A DNA stretch of 60,277 bases, filler included. It is 9 parts of 9 records of this genome, joined end to end, with 100 filler letters (N's around TTAATTAATTAA, not from the genome) between each part and the next. Parts side by side here need not be neighbours in the genome. Positions count along the whole stretch, not along the records: positions 5,802 to 15,425 come from SRR31156797_20531; positions 15,526 to 23,297 come from SRR31156797_20558; 7 more parts are not named here. One strand, 5' to 3'. Positions 11,161 through 21,548 of the stretch are shown here, in pieces; within the stretch, counting starts at the first letter, position 1; each line of letters starts with the position of its first letter. Under the pieces are notes generated by a model. That model was not told the origin of the DNA and did not search any database. It was given only the letters and a program-made list of their open reading frames with translations. The position numbers and the translations under genes were made by a program.

Positions 11161-12111
11161 ATGAAAATTTCATTGGTGAAGAATGGAAATTCCGAGCAGT
11201 TCCCCGTTATCTCAGCCAACGGTGATTCCTGGTACCGGACGCCGGACACCGTTGGTACAAGTATCGTTGATATCCTGGCATATGAAAAAGACAATCCCGG
11301 CAAGCTTGCCCAAACCATCTCCGGGGAAGAAAATTCCCCTGCCCCGGTTGACATGGACAAGGCCCAGCGGATGCTGCCGTTCCGGCCGACAGCCTACCGG
11401 GATTTCATGCTCTATGAAAAGCATTGCATCGACGCGTCCCGGGGCTTTGTCAAAAAATACCTGCCAAGGCTGATGCCGATCATAGGTGCCTATGAAACGG
11501 TTACCGGCAAGCCGTTTCCTAAGCTCAAGCCCAAAAAACGCTGGTATAAGCATCCCATCTATTATCTTGGCAACCACCTTAATTTTGTCACCCACGGAGA
11601 TCCGGTCACCATCCCGTCCTATACCCAGGAGCTCGATTATGAACTGGAGCTTGGGGTGATTATTTGCGCCCCCTTAAAAAACGCCTCCCCTGCCGAAGCG
11701 GAAAAAGCCATGGGCGGGTTTGTGGTGTTCAATGACTTTTCCGCCAGGGATGTCCAGATGGAGGAAATGGAAAGCGGGTTCGGTCCCATGAAGGCAAAGA
11801 ACTTTGCCAATGCCGTTTCAAATATCGTCATATCCGCGGACGAGGTGCTGCCGATGATCGATGACCTGCAGGTCAGTGTCTTTATCAACAAGGAGGAAAT
11901 CGCCACGGCCACCACGGCCGGCATGCACTACTCATTGGCGGAAGCCATTGCCTATGCGTCCTGGGAGGAGCAGCTCCATCCGGGAGAGTTCTTCGGTTCC
12001 GGAACCGTACCCGGCTGCTCGGGCATGGAAAACGGCACCCTCCTGGGAAGGGGCGATTCCATCCGGCTGGAGATCAAAGGGGTGGGAGTACTTGAAAACA
12101 ACGTCGTCTAA
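11161..12111 (+). CDS. Fumarylacetoacetate hydrolase family protein
   Basis: RDFMLYEKH, LDYELELGVII, FNDFSARDVQ, KAKNFA and GSGTVPG motifs. Confidence 0.9.
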   Translation: MKISLVKNGNSEQFPVISANGDSWYRTPDTVGTSIVDILAYEKDNPGKLAQTISGEENSPAPVDMDKAQRMLPFRPTAYRDFMLYEKHCIDASRGFVKKYLPRLMPIIGAYETVTGKPFPKLKPKKRWYKHPIYYLGNHLNFVTHGDPVTIPSYTQELDYELELGVIICAPLKNASPAEAEKAMGGFVVFNDFSARDVQMEEMESGFGPMKAKNFANAVSNIVISADEVLPMIDDLQVSVFINKEEIATATTAGMHYSLAEAIAYASWEEQLHPGEFFGSGTVPGCSGMENGTLLGRGDSIRLEIKGVGVLENNVV

Positions 12112-12140
12112 ACAAAAATGATTTAACAGGGAGTCAATCC

Positions 12141-12908
12141 ATGGGCCAGATAATCGATCTGTCAAAACCGATTCAATATGATCCGGGCGATCCTTTTTTC
12201 ATGCGGGTCAAGGTCAAGCATAAATCCCACAAGGGGGCAAAGTGGCTGATACGGCTGCTCGGCCTTCCCTTCCGGCTTTTTCCCAAAGGATTTTCAGGCT
12301 GGGCCGACGATCATATCAGCATGGGGGTTCACTCCACCACCCATATTGACGCCCCCTGGCACTATGCCCCCCAATGCGGAGACAAGGCGGCCAAAACCGT
12401 GGACCAGATCCCCCTTGAATGGTGCATGGGGCCGGGCATGGTCATTGACATGACCCACAAGCCCGACAACCGGGAGATCACCGAGGAGGACATCAAAACC
12501 TTTCTTCAGGACCACACCCTCACCATTGAACCCGGCATGATCGTGCTGATAAAAACCGGCAGGGACCGTCACATGGGAACACCGGAATTCTTCAGCAAAG
12601 GCACCGGCATGGGTGCGAAGGCCACGGAGTATCTGATCGACCAGGGGGTCAAGGTGATGGGAATCGACCAGTGGGGATGGGACCTCCCACTTAAGCACAT
12701 GATCAAGAAAGCAAAAGAGAGCAATGACCCTGAACTCTTCTGGCAGGGCCACCTGGTGGGCCGGAATAAGGAATATTGCCACATGGAGCAGTTGACGAAC
12801 CTGGACAGCCTCCCCGTCACCGGATTTACCGTGATGGTGTTTCCCTTGAAGATTGTGGGGGCATCGGCGGCTCCCGCAAGGGTTGTCGCGGTGCTGGATG
12901 AAGAATAG
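12141..12908 (+). CDS. Cyclase family protein (kynurenine formamidase-like metal hydrolase)
   Basis: HSTTHIDAPWH metal motif, GID.WGWD and HMEQLTNL. Confidence 0.9.
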   Translation: MGQIIDLSKPIQYDPGDPFFMRVKVKHKSHKGAKWLIRLLGLPFRLFPKGFSGWADDHISMGVHSTTHIDAPWHYAPQCGDKAAKTVDQIPLEWCMGPGMVIDMTHKPDNREITEEDIKTFLQDHTLTIEPGMIVLIKTGRDRHMGTPEFFSKGTGMGAKATEYLIDQGVKVMGIDQWGWDLPLKHMIKKAKESNDPELFWQGHLVGRNKEYCHMEQLTNLDSLPVTGFTVMVFPLKIVGASAAPARVVAVLDEE

Positions 12909-12956
12909 AGGGAACCGGGCAGCCGGGGATTTGACATCCCCAGCCACCCGTTTGCT

Positions 12957-14672
12957 TTATTCGAACATGGCTTTGCTTTCATCAAAGATGATTTCACCGT
13001 TGAAGATGGTCATCAATACGGGGATGTCACCGATTTTCCGGGCATCCACAGTGAGGATGTCATCCCCGAGGATGCAGAAATCCGCGGCTTTGCCCACTTC
13101 GATGGAGCCTTTGAAATCCTCCATATCGTCCTGCCATGCGCCGCCTGCGGTATAGGCGCGGATCGCCTCTTCCCTGGTGATGCACTCTTCGGGTCCGCTG
13201 ACCTTTCCGGACACGACGCTCTCCCTCAAGACTGCTGCCTGAACCCCTTTTCTCCAATTGGGACCGGTTACCGGGGCATCGCAGCTGAAGGTCAACACCA
13301 GTCCGCTGTCCAGCGCCATACGGGCGGGGAACTCATGGGCGGCCCGCTCCCTGCCCACAACGGCAGGCTCGAAATCAGACACCATGGCACCGATATAGGG
13401 CTGCATGGAGACGGCGCAGTTGTATTTCCCAAGCGCCCTTGTCTTTTCCGGGTCCATGAAGTCGCCATGGATGATGTAGTGGCGAAGGGTTTCGTCGGGC
13501 ATCTCATCATAGGCGGCCATGAATGCGTCTGCGGCCGCGTCAACGGCCCTGTCGCCGGTTGCGTGGATTCCCACCTGAAATCCTTTGGAGTGGACGTACC
13601 GGATCATCTCTTTCAGGTTGTTCCGTTTTTCCCCCTCCGTTTCCCCCGGCACGACGGAATCGCCATGGCCGCCTCCCACGTAGGGCTCATTCATCCAGGA
13701 CGTCCGGGTCATGGGAATGCCGTCCGCGAACATCTTGACCCCGGAGAATTTCAGCCGCTCCTTTTCCGTGTCCGACGGGATTTCAAAGGTCTCAAAATTC
13801 TTTTTGATATCTGCCAGGGTCAGGGCGCCGTAATCTCCCATCAGCAGCATCACGTTTGTCCTGGCCGTAAGGTTGCCCTCCGCCAGAAGCTCCCGGTAAA
13901 TGTCCACAAATTCACCGCTCATCACGCCATAAAGCATGGACTCGCCGCCGGGACCAATGGCCGCATCGGTGAAACTGGTGATGCCGTTGGCCTTGAGATG
14001 CTCCAGGGCCGTGAGCACCGCCTGCTTTTTTTCCTCCCGGGTCAAAAGGGGCACATGGGCGGACACGGGATCGATGGCCCCGGGCTCTTTGAAAATCCCG
14101 GTGGGCTCCCCTGTCCCGGGCTCCCGCTCGATCTCCCCGGATTTTGGGGCGGGTGTATCCTTGGTTACGCCCGCGATTTCCAGCGCCTTGCTGTTGACCA
14201 GCATGGTGTGGCCGGAGAAATCATTGAGAACCACGGGATTGTCCGGGGATACGGCGTCCAGGTCATATTTCCTCGGCAACCTTGAAGGATCGTTCCTGCA
14301 CTCTTCCAGGGTTGCCACGTCCCAGCCGAAACCACGAATCCATTTGCCGGGCCCCACTTCCGCGACTTTCTTCCCAAGGGCTTCGACCATGTCTGAAATG
14401 GACGTGACGGCGGGCGCCGTAAGGTCCAGGGCAAGCGGGGGACGTGTGGCACCAAAAAACGGGCCGTGCATGTGGGTATCGTTGATCCCCGGCAGGATCG
14501 GTTTTCCCTTCAGGTCCAGTACCCTGGTCCCGGCCCCTGCCAATGACTTGATTTCCTTGTCTGATCCGACGGCAATGATTTTTCCGGCTTTCACGGCCAC
14601 GGCCGTTTGAATGCTGTCGTTTTTATCAACCGTAATTACTTTTGCGTTAATGACAGCGAGATCCGCTTCCAT
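12957..14672 (-). CDS. Amidohydrolase 3 family (YtcJ-like) metal-dependent hydrolase
   Basis: PGINDTHMH, VKMFADG, IHATGDRA, IIHGD and GSIEVGKAADF. Start placed at MEADL (14672) after an AAGGAG RBS. Confidence 0.88.
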   Translation of the reverse strand: MEADLAVINAKVITVDKNDSIQTAVAVKAGKIIAVGSDKEIKSLAGAGTRVLDLKGKPILPGINDTHMHGPFFGATRPPLALDLTAPAVTSISDMVEALGKKVAEVGPGKWIRGFGWDVATLEECRNDPSRLPRKYDLDAVSPDNPVVLNDFSGHTMLVNSKALEIAGVTKDTPAPKSGEIEREPGTGEPTGIFKEPGAIDPVSAHVPLLTREEKKQAVLTALEHLKANGITSFTDAAIGPGGESMLYGVMSGEFVDIYRELLAEGNLTARTNVMLLMGDYGALTLADIKKNFETFEIPSDTEKERLKFSGVKMFADGIPMTRTSWMNEPYVGGGHGDSVVPGETEGEKRNNLKEMIRYVHSKGFQVGIHATGDRAVDAAADAFMAAYDEMPDETLRHYIIHGDFMDPEKTRALGKYNCAVSMQPYIGAMVSDFEPAVVGRERAAHEFPARMALDSGLVLTFSCDAPVTGPNWRKGVQAAVLRESVVSGKVSGPEECITREEAIRAYTAGGAWQDDMEDFKGSIEVGKAADFCILGDDILTVDARKIGDIPVLMTIFNGEIIFDESKAMFE

Positions 14673-14887
14673 ATACGACTCCTTTTTATCCTTGAAATGA
14701 TTGTCCGGTTCTTCCTGTACGGACTGTTTCATTGTAGCCGTTCAAACGGGGAAGTAAATATGGAAAGAATATAGAGAGAAACGGATAGAACCCTATATGG
14801 TGAACAAGGGGAGACGCCCCTTTACTGTAACCTGTCCCGGGTGTATATAAACGATTCGTATATTATTTTTAAGTTGAGGTTTGAGAT

Positions 14888-15425
14888 ATGTGTTGTGCCA
14901 ATGAAAAATGGAGTGAACCCGCTTTGAAACAGGCCATGGATTCCCCTTTTTACAAAACGGAGGCTGTGGAAGACCTGATCCGCGGCAACGCACCCGTTGC
15001 AATCATTTTTTTAGACAACAACTTTGTCCTGCGCGAGTTTAACCAGGGGTATTTTGAGATATTGGATCGATACAGGTTCTTTCTGCCGGAGTGCAGGCGG
15101 GGCATGCAATATTTTGATTTTTTGAGGGAGAGCAGCTCACGGCTGGAACCCATCCTGAAAAAAGACAGGGACCTGTGCCGCCCCAACGCGCTCAATAATT
15201 TTGAACTGGAAGTCAAACTTGAACGGGAGACCATAAAGACCTATTGGGATTCATACCATGCGCCGGTCATCGATCAATCGGGGAACGTTCAGGGCTTGCT
15301 CGCCTTTATTCAGGATGTGACCCCCCAGGCCCGGCTGGAAGCGGAGGTTCAAACGCTGAAACACCAGGTGGATGAACTTAAAACCGCACTGCGCACGGTC
15401 ATGGCCCTCAGGGATGAGGACCGGG
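14888..15425 (+). CDS. PAS-domain protein followed by a coiled coil, probably a regulator; 3'-partial
   Basis: PAS-like APVAIIFLDNNF...YHAPVIDQSGNVQGLLAFIQDVT followed by a coiled coil; cut by the spacer. Confidence 0.65.
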
Positions 15426-15525
15426 NNNNNNNNNNNNNNNNNNNNNNNNNNNNNNNNNNNNNNNNNNNNTTAATTAATTAANNNNNNNNNNNNNNNNNNN
15501 NNNNNNNNNNNNNNNNNNNNNNNNN
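15426..15525. other. Artificial contig-joining spacer
   Basis: N44-TTAATTAATTAA-N44. Confidence 0.97.
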
Positions 15526-16668
15526 CCATTCGCCGTCTTCCTTGACCTTGATCCAAGCCAGACCTTTAGAACCATAGATTTCAACAAATTTAGTGTATTC
15601 GTCGATTTCCTTACGGGAAAGAGCAGCACCGTTAGGTACGCGCAGAATCTTGATCAGCTCGGAGCTGGCAAAGACTTTGAAGTCGGAACCCTTGAAGATG
15701 TCAGTGGCTTCCTGAAGCTTGAGATCAAAACGTACGTCAGGCTTGTCGCAACCGTAATCGCGCATAGCGTCTGCGTAGGTCATGCGAGGGAAGGAAGCAG
15801 GAAGTTCGGTCTCGATGGTTTCTTTGAAAACGGTGCGAACCATTTCCTCAGCCATGCCCATGACCTGCTCTTCGTTAACAAAGCTCATCTCGATATCGAT
15901 CTGAGTGAACTCAGGCTGACGGTCGGCACGAAGGTCTTCATCACGGAAACATTTAACAATCTGGAAGTAACGGTCCATACCGGAAACCATGAGCATCTGC
16001 TTGAAGAGCTGCGGGGATTGCGGCAGGGCGTAAAAATCACCATTGTTCATACGACTGGGCACGAGGAAGTCACGTGCGCCTTCGGGAGTGGACTTGGTCA
16101 GTACCGGAGTCTCGATTTCGAGGAAGCCGAGGTTGTCGAGGTAACGGCGTACGGACTGGGCAGCCTTGTTGCGCAGGATGAAATTCTTGGCAAGTGTGGG
16201 GCGGCGCAGGTCCAGAAAACGGTACTTGAGACGCAGCATTTCGGAAGCATCGCTACGATCCTCAATGGCGAAAGGAGGAGTTTCGGAAGTGTTGAGCAGC
16301 TTCCACTCGTCAACGACGATTTCGATTTCACCAGTGGTCAGGTTGGTGTTGCGCATGCCTTCGGGACGTTCGCGAACTTCACCTTTAATGGCTACCACGT
16401 ACTCGGAACGGATAGCGTGTGCGCGCTCGTGAGCATCAGCATTGTGCTCGGGGCTGAAAACAACCTGAGTGAGACCTTCACGGTCACGCAGGTCGATGAA
16501 GATCAGGCCGCCATGGTCACGGCGGAACTGCACCCAACCCATGATCAGGACTTTTTCGCCCATATTAGCTGCAGTAATCTCGTTGCAGCTGTGGGTACGT
16601 TTCCAGTCGCCGAGGGATTCAATCACTCGGTATTCGTCGTAATCGCGTTCTTCAATCTGTTCAGACAT
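15526..16668 (-). CDS. aspS: Aspartyl-tRNA synthetase, 3'-partial
   Basis: [34 protein letters not shown] and [17 protein letters not shown]. Confidence 0.97.
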
Positions 16669-16700
16669 TTTTTGTCTCTCCCGATATTATTTGAAATTAT

Positions 16701-17939
16701 CTACTTAAAATATTCTGTGCGGCTGACAGTTTTCTGTTCGCCGCCTTCGGTCATATCCTTGATGGTGACCGTTCCGTTCTCATATTCGTCCGCACCGAAG
16801 ATAAAACACTTCCGAGCGTTAATTTTATTGGCGTGACGCAGTTGGGCTTTCATGCTCTTGGCAGTGAATCCAACTTCGCCTTTAAGTCCGGAGCGACGCA
16901 GCTTCTCACCAAAGATGAGTGCGTCCTTGGCAGCTCTTTCATCCACAAGAGCTACATAAAAATCAGTGGCAGCTTCGTATTCGCCTTCCAGCAGCATAGC
17001 CAAACGTTCCATACCGCAAGCAAAACCGATACCCGGCACCTTCTTAGGGCCGCCGAGGGATTCTACCAGACCGTCATAACGGCCACCGCCTGCAACAGCA
17101 GTCTGCGCGCCGATATCACCGGAAGTAACCTCAAAAGTAGTCCGCTGGTAGTAGTCCAGTCCGCGCACAAGACGGGGATTGAGGGTATATTCCAGCCCTG
17201 CTTCATCAATAAGGCTGATGACCATATCAAAATGATCGCGGCACTCTTCGCAAAGGTTGTCGGGAATGGAGGGAGCATCCTTGGTCAGCTCCTTACATCT
17301 TTTGACCTTGCAGTCGAGTACACGCAGAGGGTTGGTGTCCACGCGACGCTGACAGTCATCACAAAGTTCGCTCTTGTCGAGAGAATTGAAAAAATCTTTG
17401 AGAGCCTGATTATACTTGGGACGACATTCAGGACAACCAAGGGAGTTCAGCTCAAAGGAAAGTTTCTCCAGCCCGATCCCTTTAAGGAAACCGGAAAGCA
17501 TAAGCAGGACTTCGGCATCGGCCTGCGGCTCGGATGCACCGAAAACCTCGGCATTGATCTGATGAAACTGGCGCATACGTCCGGCCTGCGGCCTTTCGTA
17601 GCGGAACATGGGACCGAAGGTGAAAAATTTGCTGACCTTGCCCGGCTGGTAGACCTTGTTTTCCACGTATGCGCGAACAACCCCGGCGGTTGCTTCGGGG
17701 CGCATAGTCAGGGAACGGCCCTTGCGGTCGGGGAAGGTGTACATTTCTTTCTGCACAACATCGGTTTCTTCACCGATGGAGCGGCAGAAAAGTTCGGTCT
17801 TTTCAAGGATGGGAGTCCTCAGTTCGCCGAAACCGTAAGAGGTGAAAACATCCCTTGCAGTCTTTTCCATGAACGCATATCTTGCACTATCCTCTGGAAA
17901 GAGGTCTGCAACGCCTTTGATTTTCTGTATTTTTGCCAT
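16701..17939 (-). CDS. hisS: Histidyl-tRNA synthetase
   Basis: MRPEATAG, FRYERPQAGRMRQFHQ, LVRGLDYY and GGGRYDGL. Confidence 0.97.
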   Translation of the reverse strand: MAKIQKIKGVADLFPEDSARYAFMEKTARDVFTSYGFGELRTPILEKTELFCRSIGEETDVVQKEMYTFPDRKGRSLTMRPEATAGVVRAYVENKVYQPGKVSKFFTFGPMFRYERPQAGRMRQFHQINAEVFGASEPQADAEVLLMLSGFLKGIGLEKLSFELNSLGCPECRPKYNQALKDFFNSLDKSELCDDCQRRVDTNPLRVLDCKVKRCKELTKDAPSIPDNLCEECRDHFDMVISLIDEAGLEYTLNPRLVRGLDYYQRTTFEVTSGDIGAQTAVAGGGRYDGLVESLGGPKKVPGIGFACGMERLAMLLEGEYEAATDFYVALVDERAAKDALIFGEKLRRSGLKGEVGFTAKSMKAQLRHANKINARKCFIFGADEYENGTVTIKDMTEGGEQKTVSRTEYFK

Positions 17940-18133
17940 TTTTCTTCTCTTTGCGAATTTCCGGGGAATGCTGATATTTGTAGTCCGCCCCCGGCACGGA
18001 GCGTGGAACCAAATTTCGTTAGTCTATTATCATATGAATGTCAAAAATCATCAGCACTGCATAATCATTATAAACGGCCCTTATTGCCAAGCGCGCCAAG
18101 CTGCGGCATTAAGGGGGCAGGAGATTAAACATT

Positions 18134-18604
18134 ATGGAAATGATTACTTCACAAGATTACGAAGAATACATCGGACCCAATGCGGGTAAATACCTTTTCA
18201 ATTTTGCCAAATTCCAGCAGCTGCATGACGGATTCACAGTAACTTGGCACTGGCCCGCATTTTTGTTCGGATTCTGGTGGTTTTTGTACCGCAAAATGTA
18301 CTTCTGGGCCGCAATCACCTTTCTGCTCGGCTTTCTGCCCTTCGGCAATTTCATCGCTCAAATCGGTTACGGCATGAGCGCATACTTTTTCTACTACCGT
18401 GACTCCACTGCCAAGATCGGGGCCATCAAATCCACCGCCCCGGTAGGCGGAGCGTCAATAATCATGCGTGATACCGGCGGTGTTCACGGCTGGGTAAAAA
18501 TCGTCGGTCTACTCTGCTTTTTCCTGCAGCCGATCTGGATCTTCTTCATGTCCCTTTTCTTTGGAAGTGCCTTCATCTTTTCTTTCCATCAGGTTATGGT
18601 ATAA
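18134..18604 (+). CDS. DUF2628-like membrane protein
   Basis: WHWPAFLFGFWWFLYRKMY signature and several transmembrane segments. Confidence 0.75.
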   Translation: MEMITSQDYEEYIGPNAGKYLFNFAKFQQLHDGFTVTWHWPAFLFGFWWFLYRKMYFWAAITFLLGFLPFGNFIAQIGYGMSAYFFYYRDSTAKIGAIKSTAPVGGASIIMRDTGGVHGWVKIVGLLCFFLQPIWIFFMSLFFGSAFIFSFHQVMV

Positions 18605-18642
18605 GAAAAATAGACACTCATATTTTGAAGGGGGGTTCCTTA

Positions 18643-19551
18643 ATGAATAAAGCTTTCTCGTTCAAGCTGCTCTGCTCTTTCTTTGTGACGGCCATATCGA
18701 TCATGCTGCTTTCCGCCAACGATTGTCTGGCCCAGAAACGGCTGGCCCTGCTTATCGGCAACTCGGCATATACAAAAATTGGGGCACTGAAAAACCCGGT
18801 CAACGACGTTGCCGCCATGAACCGTTCGCTAAAAAAAGCGGACTTTGATGTAATGGTGGTCAAAAATGCCGACCGCAACACTATGGGAAGGGCCATCGAT
18901 GATTTCGGGCGCAAGCTCAAAAATTATGATGTGGGATTGTTTTATTTTTCAGGGCATGGATTGCAGGTCAACGGAATAAATTACCTCTGCCCGCTGGGCA
19001 TGTCCATTCAAGGGCAATCCGATGTGCAGTATGAAGCAGTTGATGCCGGAAAGGTGCTGGCTAAAATGGAAGATGCCGGAAACCGTATGAACATTGTAAT
19101 TCTCGATGCCTGCCGCAACAACCCCTTCAAGCGCAGCTTCCGCTCCATGCGCAACGGCCTGGCTCAGATGGATGCCCCCACCGGATCATTCATTGCCTTT
19201 GCCACCGCTCCGGGCAAAACCGCCCTTGACGGCCGCGGCAACAACAGCCCCTATGTTACCCACATGCTAAGCAACATGAACCGCAAGGGACTGACCATTG
19301 AGCAATTCTTCAAGAAAGTCCGCCAAGGCGTGATCAAAGACACCAGCCGAAAACAGGTTCCGTGGGAATCATCCTCACTGGTGGGTGACTTCTACTTCTC
19401 CGGCAAAGCCTCTTCCGGCTCATCTTCTTCGCAGGCATCAAGCCAATCATCAACAACTCAGCAACAACAGACTCCGCCCCCGGCTCCCAAGCCGAGACCT
19501 AAGCCCAAGAAAAGCAAAGATGAGCACGTTATGGATATGTTGTTGAATTAA
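18643..19551 (+). CDS. Secreted caspase-family (peptidase C14) protein with a low-complexity tail
   Basis: Signal peptide, ALLIGNSAY...LKNPVND, and an intact dyad in FSGHG and LDACRNNPF; S/Q/P-rich C-terminus. Confidence 0.85.
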   Translation: MNKAFSFKLLCSFFVTAISIMLLSANDCLAQKRLALLIGNSAYTKIGALKNPVNDVAAMNRSLKKADFDVMVVKNADRNTMGRAIDDFGRKLKNYDVGLFYFSGHGLQVNGINYLCPLGMSIQGQSDVQYEAVDAGKVLAKMEDAGNRMNIVILDACRNNPFKRSFRSMRNGLAQMDAPTGSFIAFATAPGKTALDGRGNNSPYVTHMLSNMNRKGLTIEQFFKKVRQGVIKDTSRKQVPWESSSLVGDFYFSGKASSGSSSSQASSQSSTTQQQQTPPPAPKPRPKPKKSKDEHVMDMLLN

Positions 19552-19566
19552 ATTTAGCGCACCAAC

Positions 19567-19608
19567 AATAAAAAAGGGAAAATCGCTTTCGATTCTCCCT
19601 TTTTTATT
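19567..19608. terminator. Bidirectional intrinsic terminator between convergent genes
   Basis: AAAAAAGGGAAAATCG-CTTT-CGATTCTCCCTTTTTT. Confidence 0.8.
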
Positions 19609-19624
19609 CACGTAAAATAGAACC

Positions 19625-20509
19625 TTACCGCTGCAACAATCTCTCTCCGGCATCAACTGAGCGGGTCACCCAGACGTTACCGCCGATGACCGAGCCTTCG
19701 CCGATGGTCACGCGGCCGAGGATGGTAGCCCCGGAATAGACGATGGCATCATCTTCGACAATGGGATGGCGAGGGATACCCTTGATCAATTGACCGGAAT
19801 CATCAGAAGGAAAACTCTTGGCCCCTAAAGTCACGCCCTGATAGAGACGCACGTTGCGGCCAATGATACAGGTCTCGCCGATAACAGTACCTGTTCCATG
19901 ATCTATAAAGAAATGCTCACCCACCTGCGCGCCGGGGTGAATGTCAATCCCGGTCTTGGAATGAGCCATCTCGCCAATGATGCGCGGAATGAGATCCACA
20001 TTAAGGTTGTAAAGCTCATGAGCAATGCGGTGATGGGTCATGGCGATGATACTGGGGTAACAAAAAATGGTTTCGCCCGGACTTTTTGACGCGGGGTCAC
20101 CCACGTAGGCGGCCTGCACGTCAGTAGCCAGCAGACGGCGAATCTCCGGCAACTTTTCCATGAACTCTGAGGCAATGCGCTGGGCATCGGCCTCACAGCT
20201 GGTACAGTTAAATTCATCGGCCTTGCAGAAAAAACAATGTCCACGCAGAATCTGTTCTTCCAGAATCCGGTAAGCCGCATCGAGATTGCCCCCGATGTGG
20301 TAGCGCATGGTTTCGGGACGGATTTCAGAATCCCCGAAATATCCGGGAAACAGAACCGCCCGCAGCCTTTCCACAAACTCGCCCAGTGCAGTAATAGAAG
20401 GCATGGGACGGTCATGTTCAGGCATGTGATACACAGTCTGATATGACTCTTCCTCGCACAAGGCGTCCACAACCTTCGTCAGCACGGAGCCGCCGATCTT
20501 ACTAACCAT
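19625..20509 (-). CDS. cysE: Serine O-acetyltransferase
   Basis: DPASKS, TGIDIHPGA, FIDHGTGTVIGET, YQGVTLG and RHP hexapeptide motifs. Confidence 0.92.
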   Translation of the reverse strand: MVSKIGGSVLTKVVDALCEEESYQTVYHMPEHDRPMPSITALGEFVERLRAVLFPGYFGDSEIRPETMRYHIGGNLDAAYRILEEQILRGHCFFCKADEFNCTSCEADAQRIASEFMEKLPEIRRLLATDVQAAYVGDPASKSPGETIFCYPSIIAMTHHRIAHELYNLNVDLIPRIIGEMAHSKTGIDIHPGAQVGEHFFIDHGTGTVIGETCIIGRNVRLYQGVTLGAKSFPSDDSGQLIKGIPRHPIVEDDAIVYSGATILGRVTIGEGSVIGGNVWVTRSVDAGERLLQR

Positions 20510-20519
20510 TTTCTAAACC

Positions 20520-21443
20520 TCAGTCCTTGAACAATGCGGTGCTCAAATAGCGCTCCCCTGTATCGGGAACCACAAAGACCACCAGCCTGTCCTTGTTTTC
20601 TTCACGTTTCGCGATCTCCACAGCCGCATAGGCCGCTGCCCCGGCTGAGATACCGCACAAAATGCCTTCTTCCTGAATGAGCCTGCGGGACATGGCAATG
20701 GCATCCTCATCCGCAACCTTAACGACCTCGTCAACCAGCTCAGTCTGCAACACTTCAGGAATAAACCCGGCCCCGATGCCCTGAATACCGTGCGGAGAAG
20801 GACCACCGCCGGACAGGACCGGAGATTTCTCCGGTTCAACCGCAACAACCTTAATTGCCGGATTGCGTTTCTTCAGCTCAGCGCCGACTCCGGTGATAGT
20901 GCCTCCGGTACCGACTCCGGCCACAAAAACATCAATCCTGCCGTCAGTATCTTCCCAGATTTCGTTGACGGTTTTATTACGGTGGGCCAACGGATTGTCC
21001 GGATTATCGAACTGCAAAGGCAGAAATGCATTCGGGTCAGCGTCCGCAATCTCTTTCGCCTTATTCACTGCTCCGGTCATACCCTGCGCCGCCGGGGTCA
21101 GCACCAGCTCCGCACCAAATCCTTTCAGCAGGTCCTTTCGTTCCTGACTCATGGATTCAGGCATGGTCAAAATGAGCTTATACCCTTTTACGGCGCAGAC
21201 AAAAGCCAACCCGATTCCGGTATTACCGCTGGTCGGTTCAACAACCGTAGCACCAGGTTTGAGCGCGCCACGCTTCTCCGCTTCCTCGATCATGGAAACG
21301 CCAATGCGGTCTTTAACAGATGAACAGGGATTAAAAAATTCCAGTTTGGCTACAACTTGGCCGACACAACCTTCAGTGACTTTATTCAACTTCACCAGCG
21401 GAGTATTTCCCACCAGTGAGATCATGGAATCATGTATATTCAT
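20520..21443 (-). CDS. cysK: Cysteine synthase A
   Basis: PLP lysine motif SVKDRIG, EPTSGNTG, GVGTGGT, IQGIGAGF and PDTGERYLST. Start placed at MNIHD (21443). Confidence 0.95.
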   Translation of the reverse strand: MNIHDSMISLVGNTPLVKLNKVTEGCVGQVVAKLEFFNPCSSVKDRIGVSMIEEAEKRGALKPGATVVEPTSGNTGIGLAFVCAVKGYKLILTMPESMSQERKDLLKGFGAELVLTPAAQGMTGAVNKAKEIADADPNAFLPLQFDNPDNPLAHRNKTVNEIWEDTDGRIDVFVAGVGTGGTITGVGAELKKRNPAIKVVAVEPEKSPVLSGGGPSPHGIQGIGAGFIPEVLQTELVDEVVKVADEDAIAMSRRLIQEEGILCGISAGAAAYAAVEIAKREENKDRLVVFVVPDTGERYLSTALFKD

Positions 21444-21507
21444 TTTAAACCCACTTGATATTGTTTTTCTAATCTCCTGCCTCAATTCAACGCAAAAGGC
21501 AAAATAT

Positions 21508-21540
21508 GGGCGAAATTTTACAATAAATAAAATTTCGCCC
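21508..21540. terminator. Hairpin between nifS and cysK (terminator, mRNA stabiliser or operator)
   Basis: GGGCGAAATTTTA-N7-TAAAATTTCGCCC, a perfect 13-bp inverted repeat. Confidence 0.6.
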
Positions 21541-21548
21541 TTTAAATC

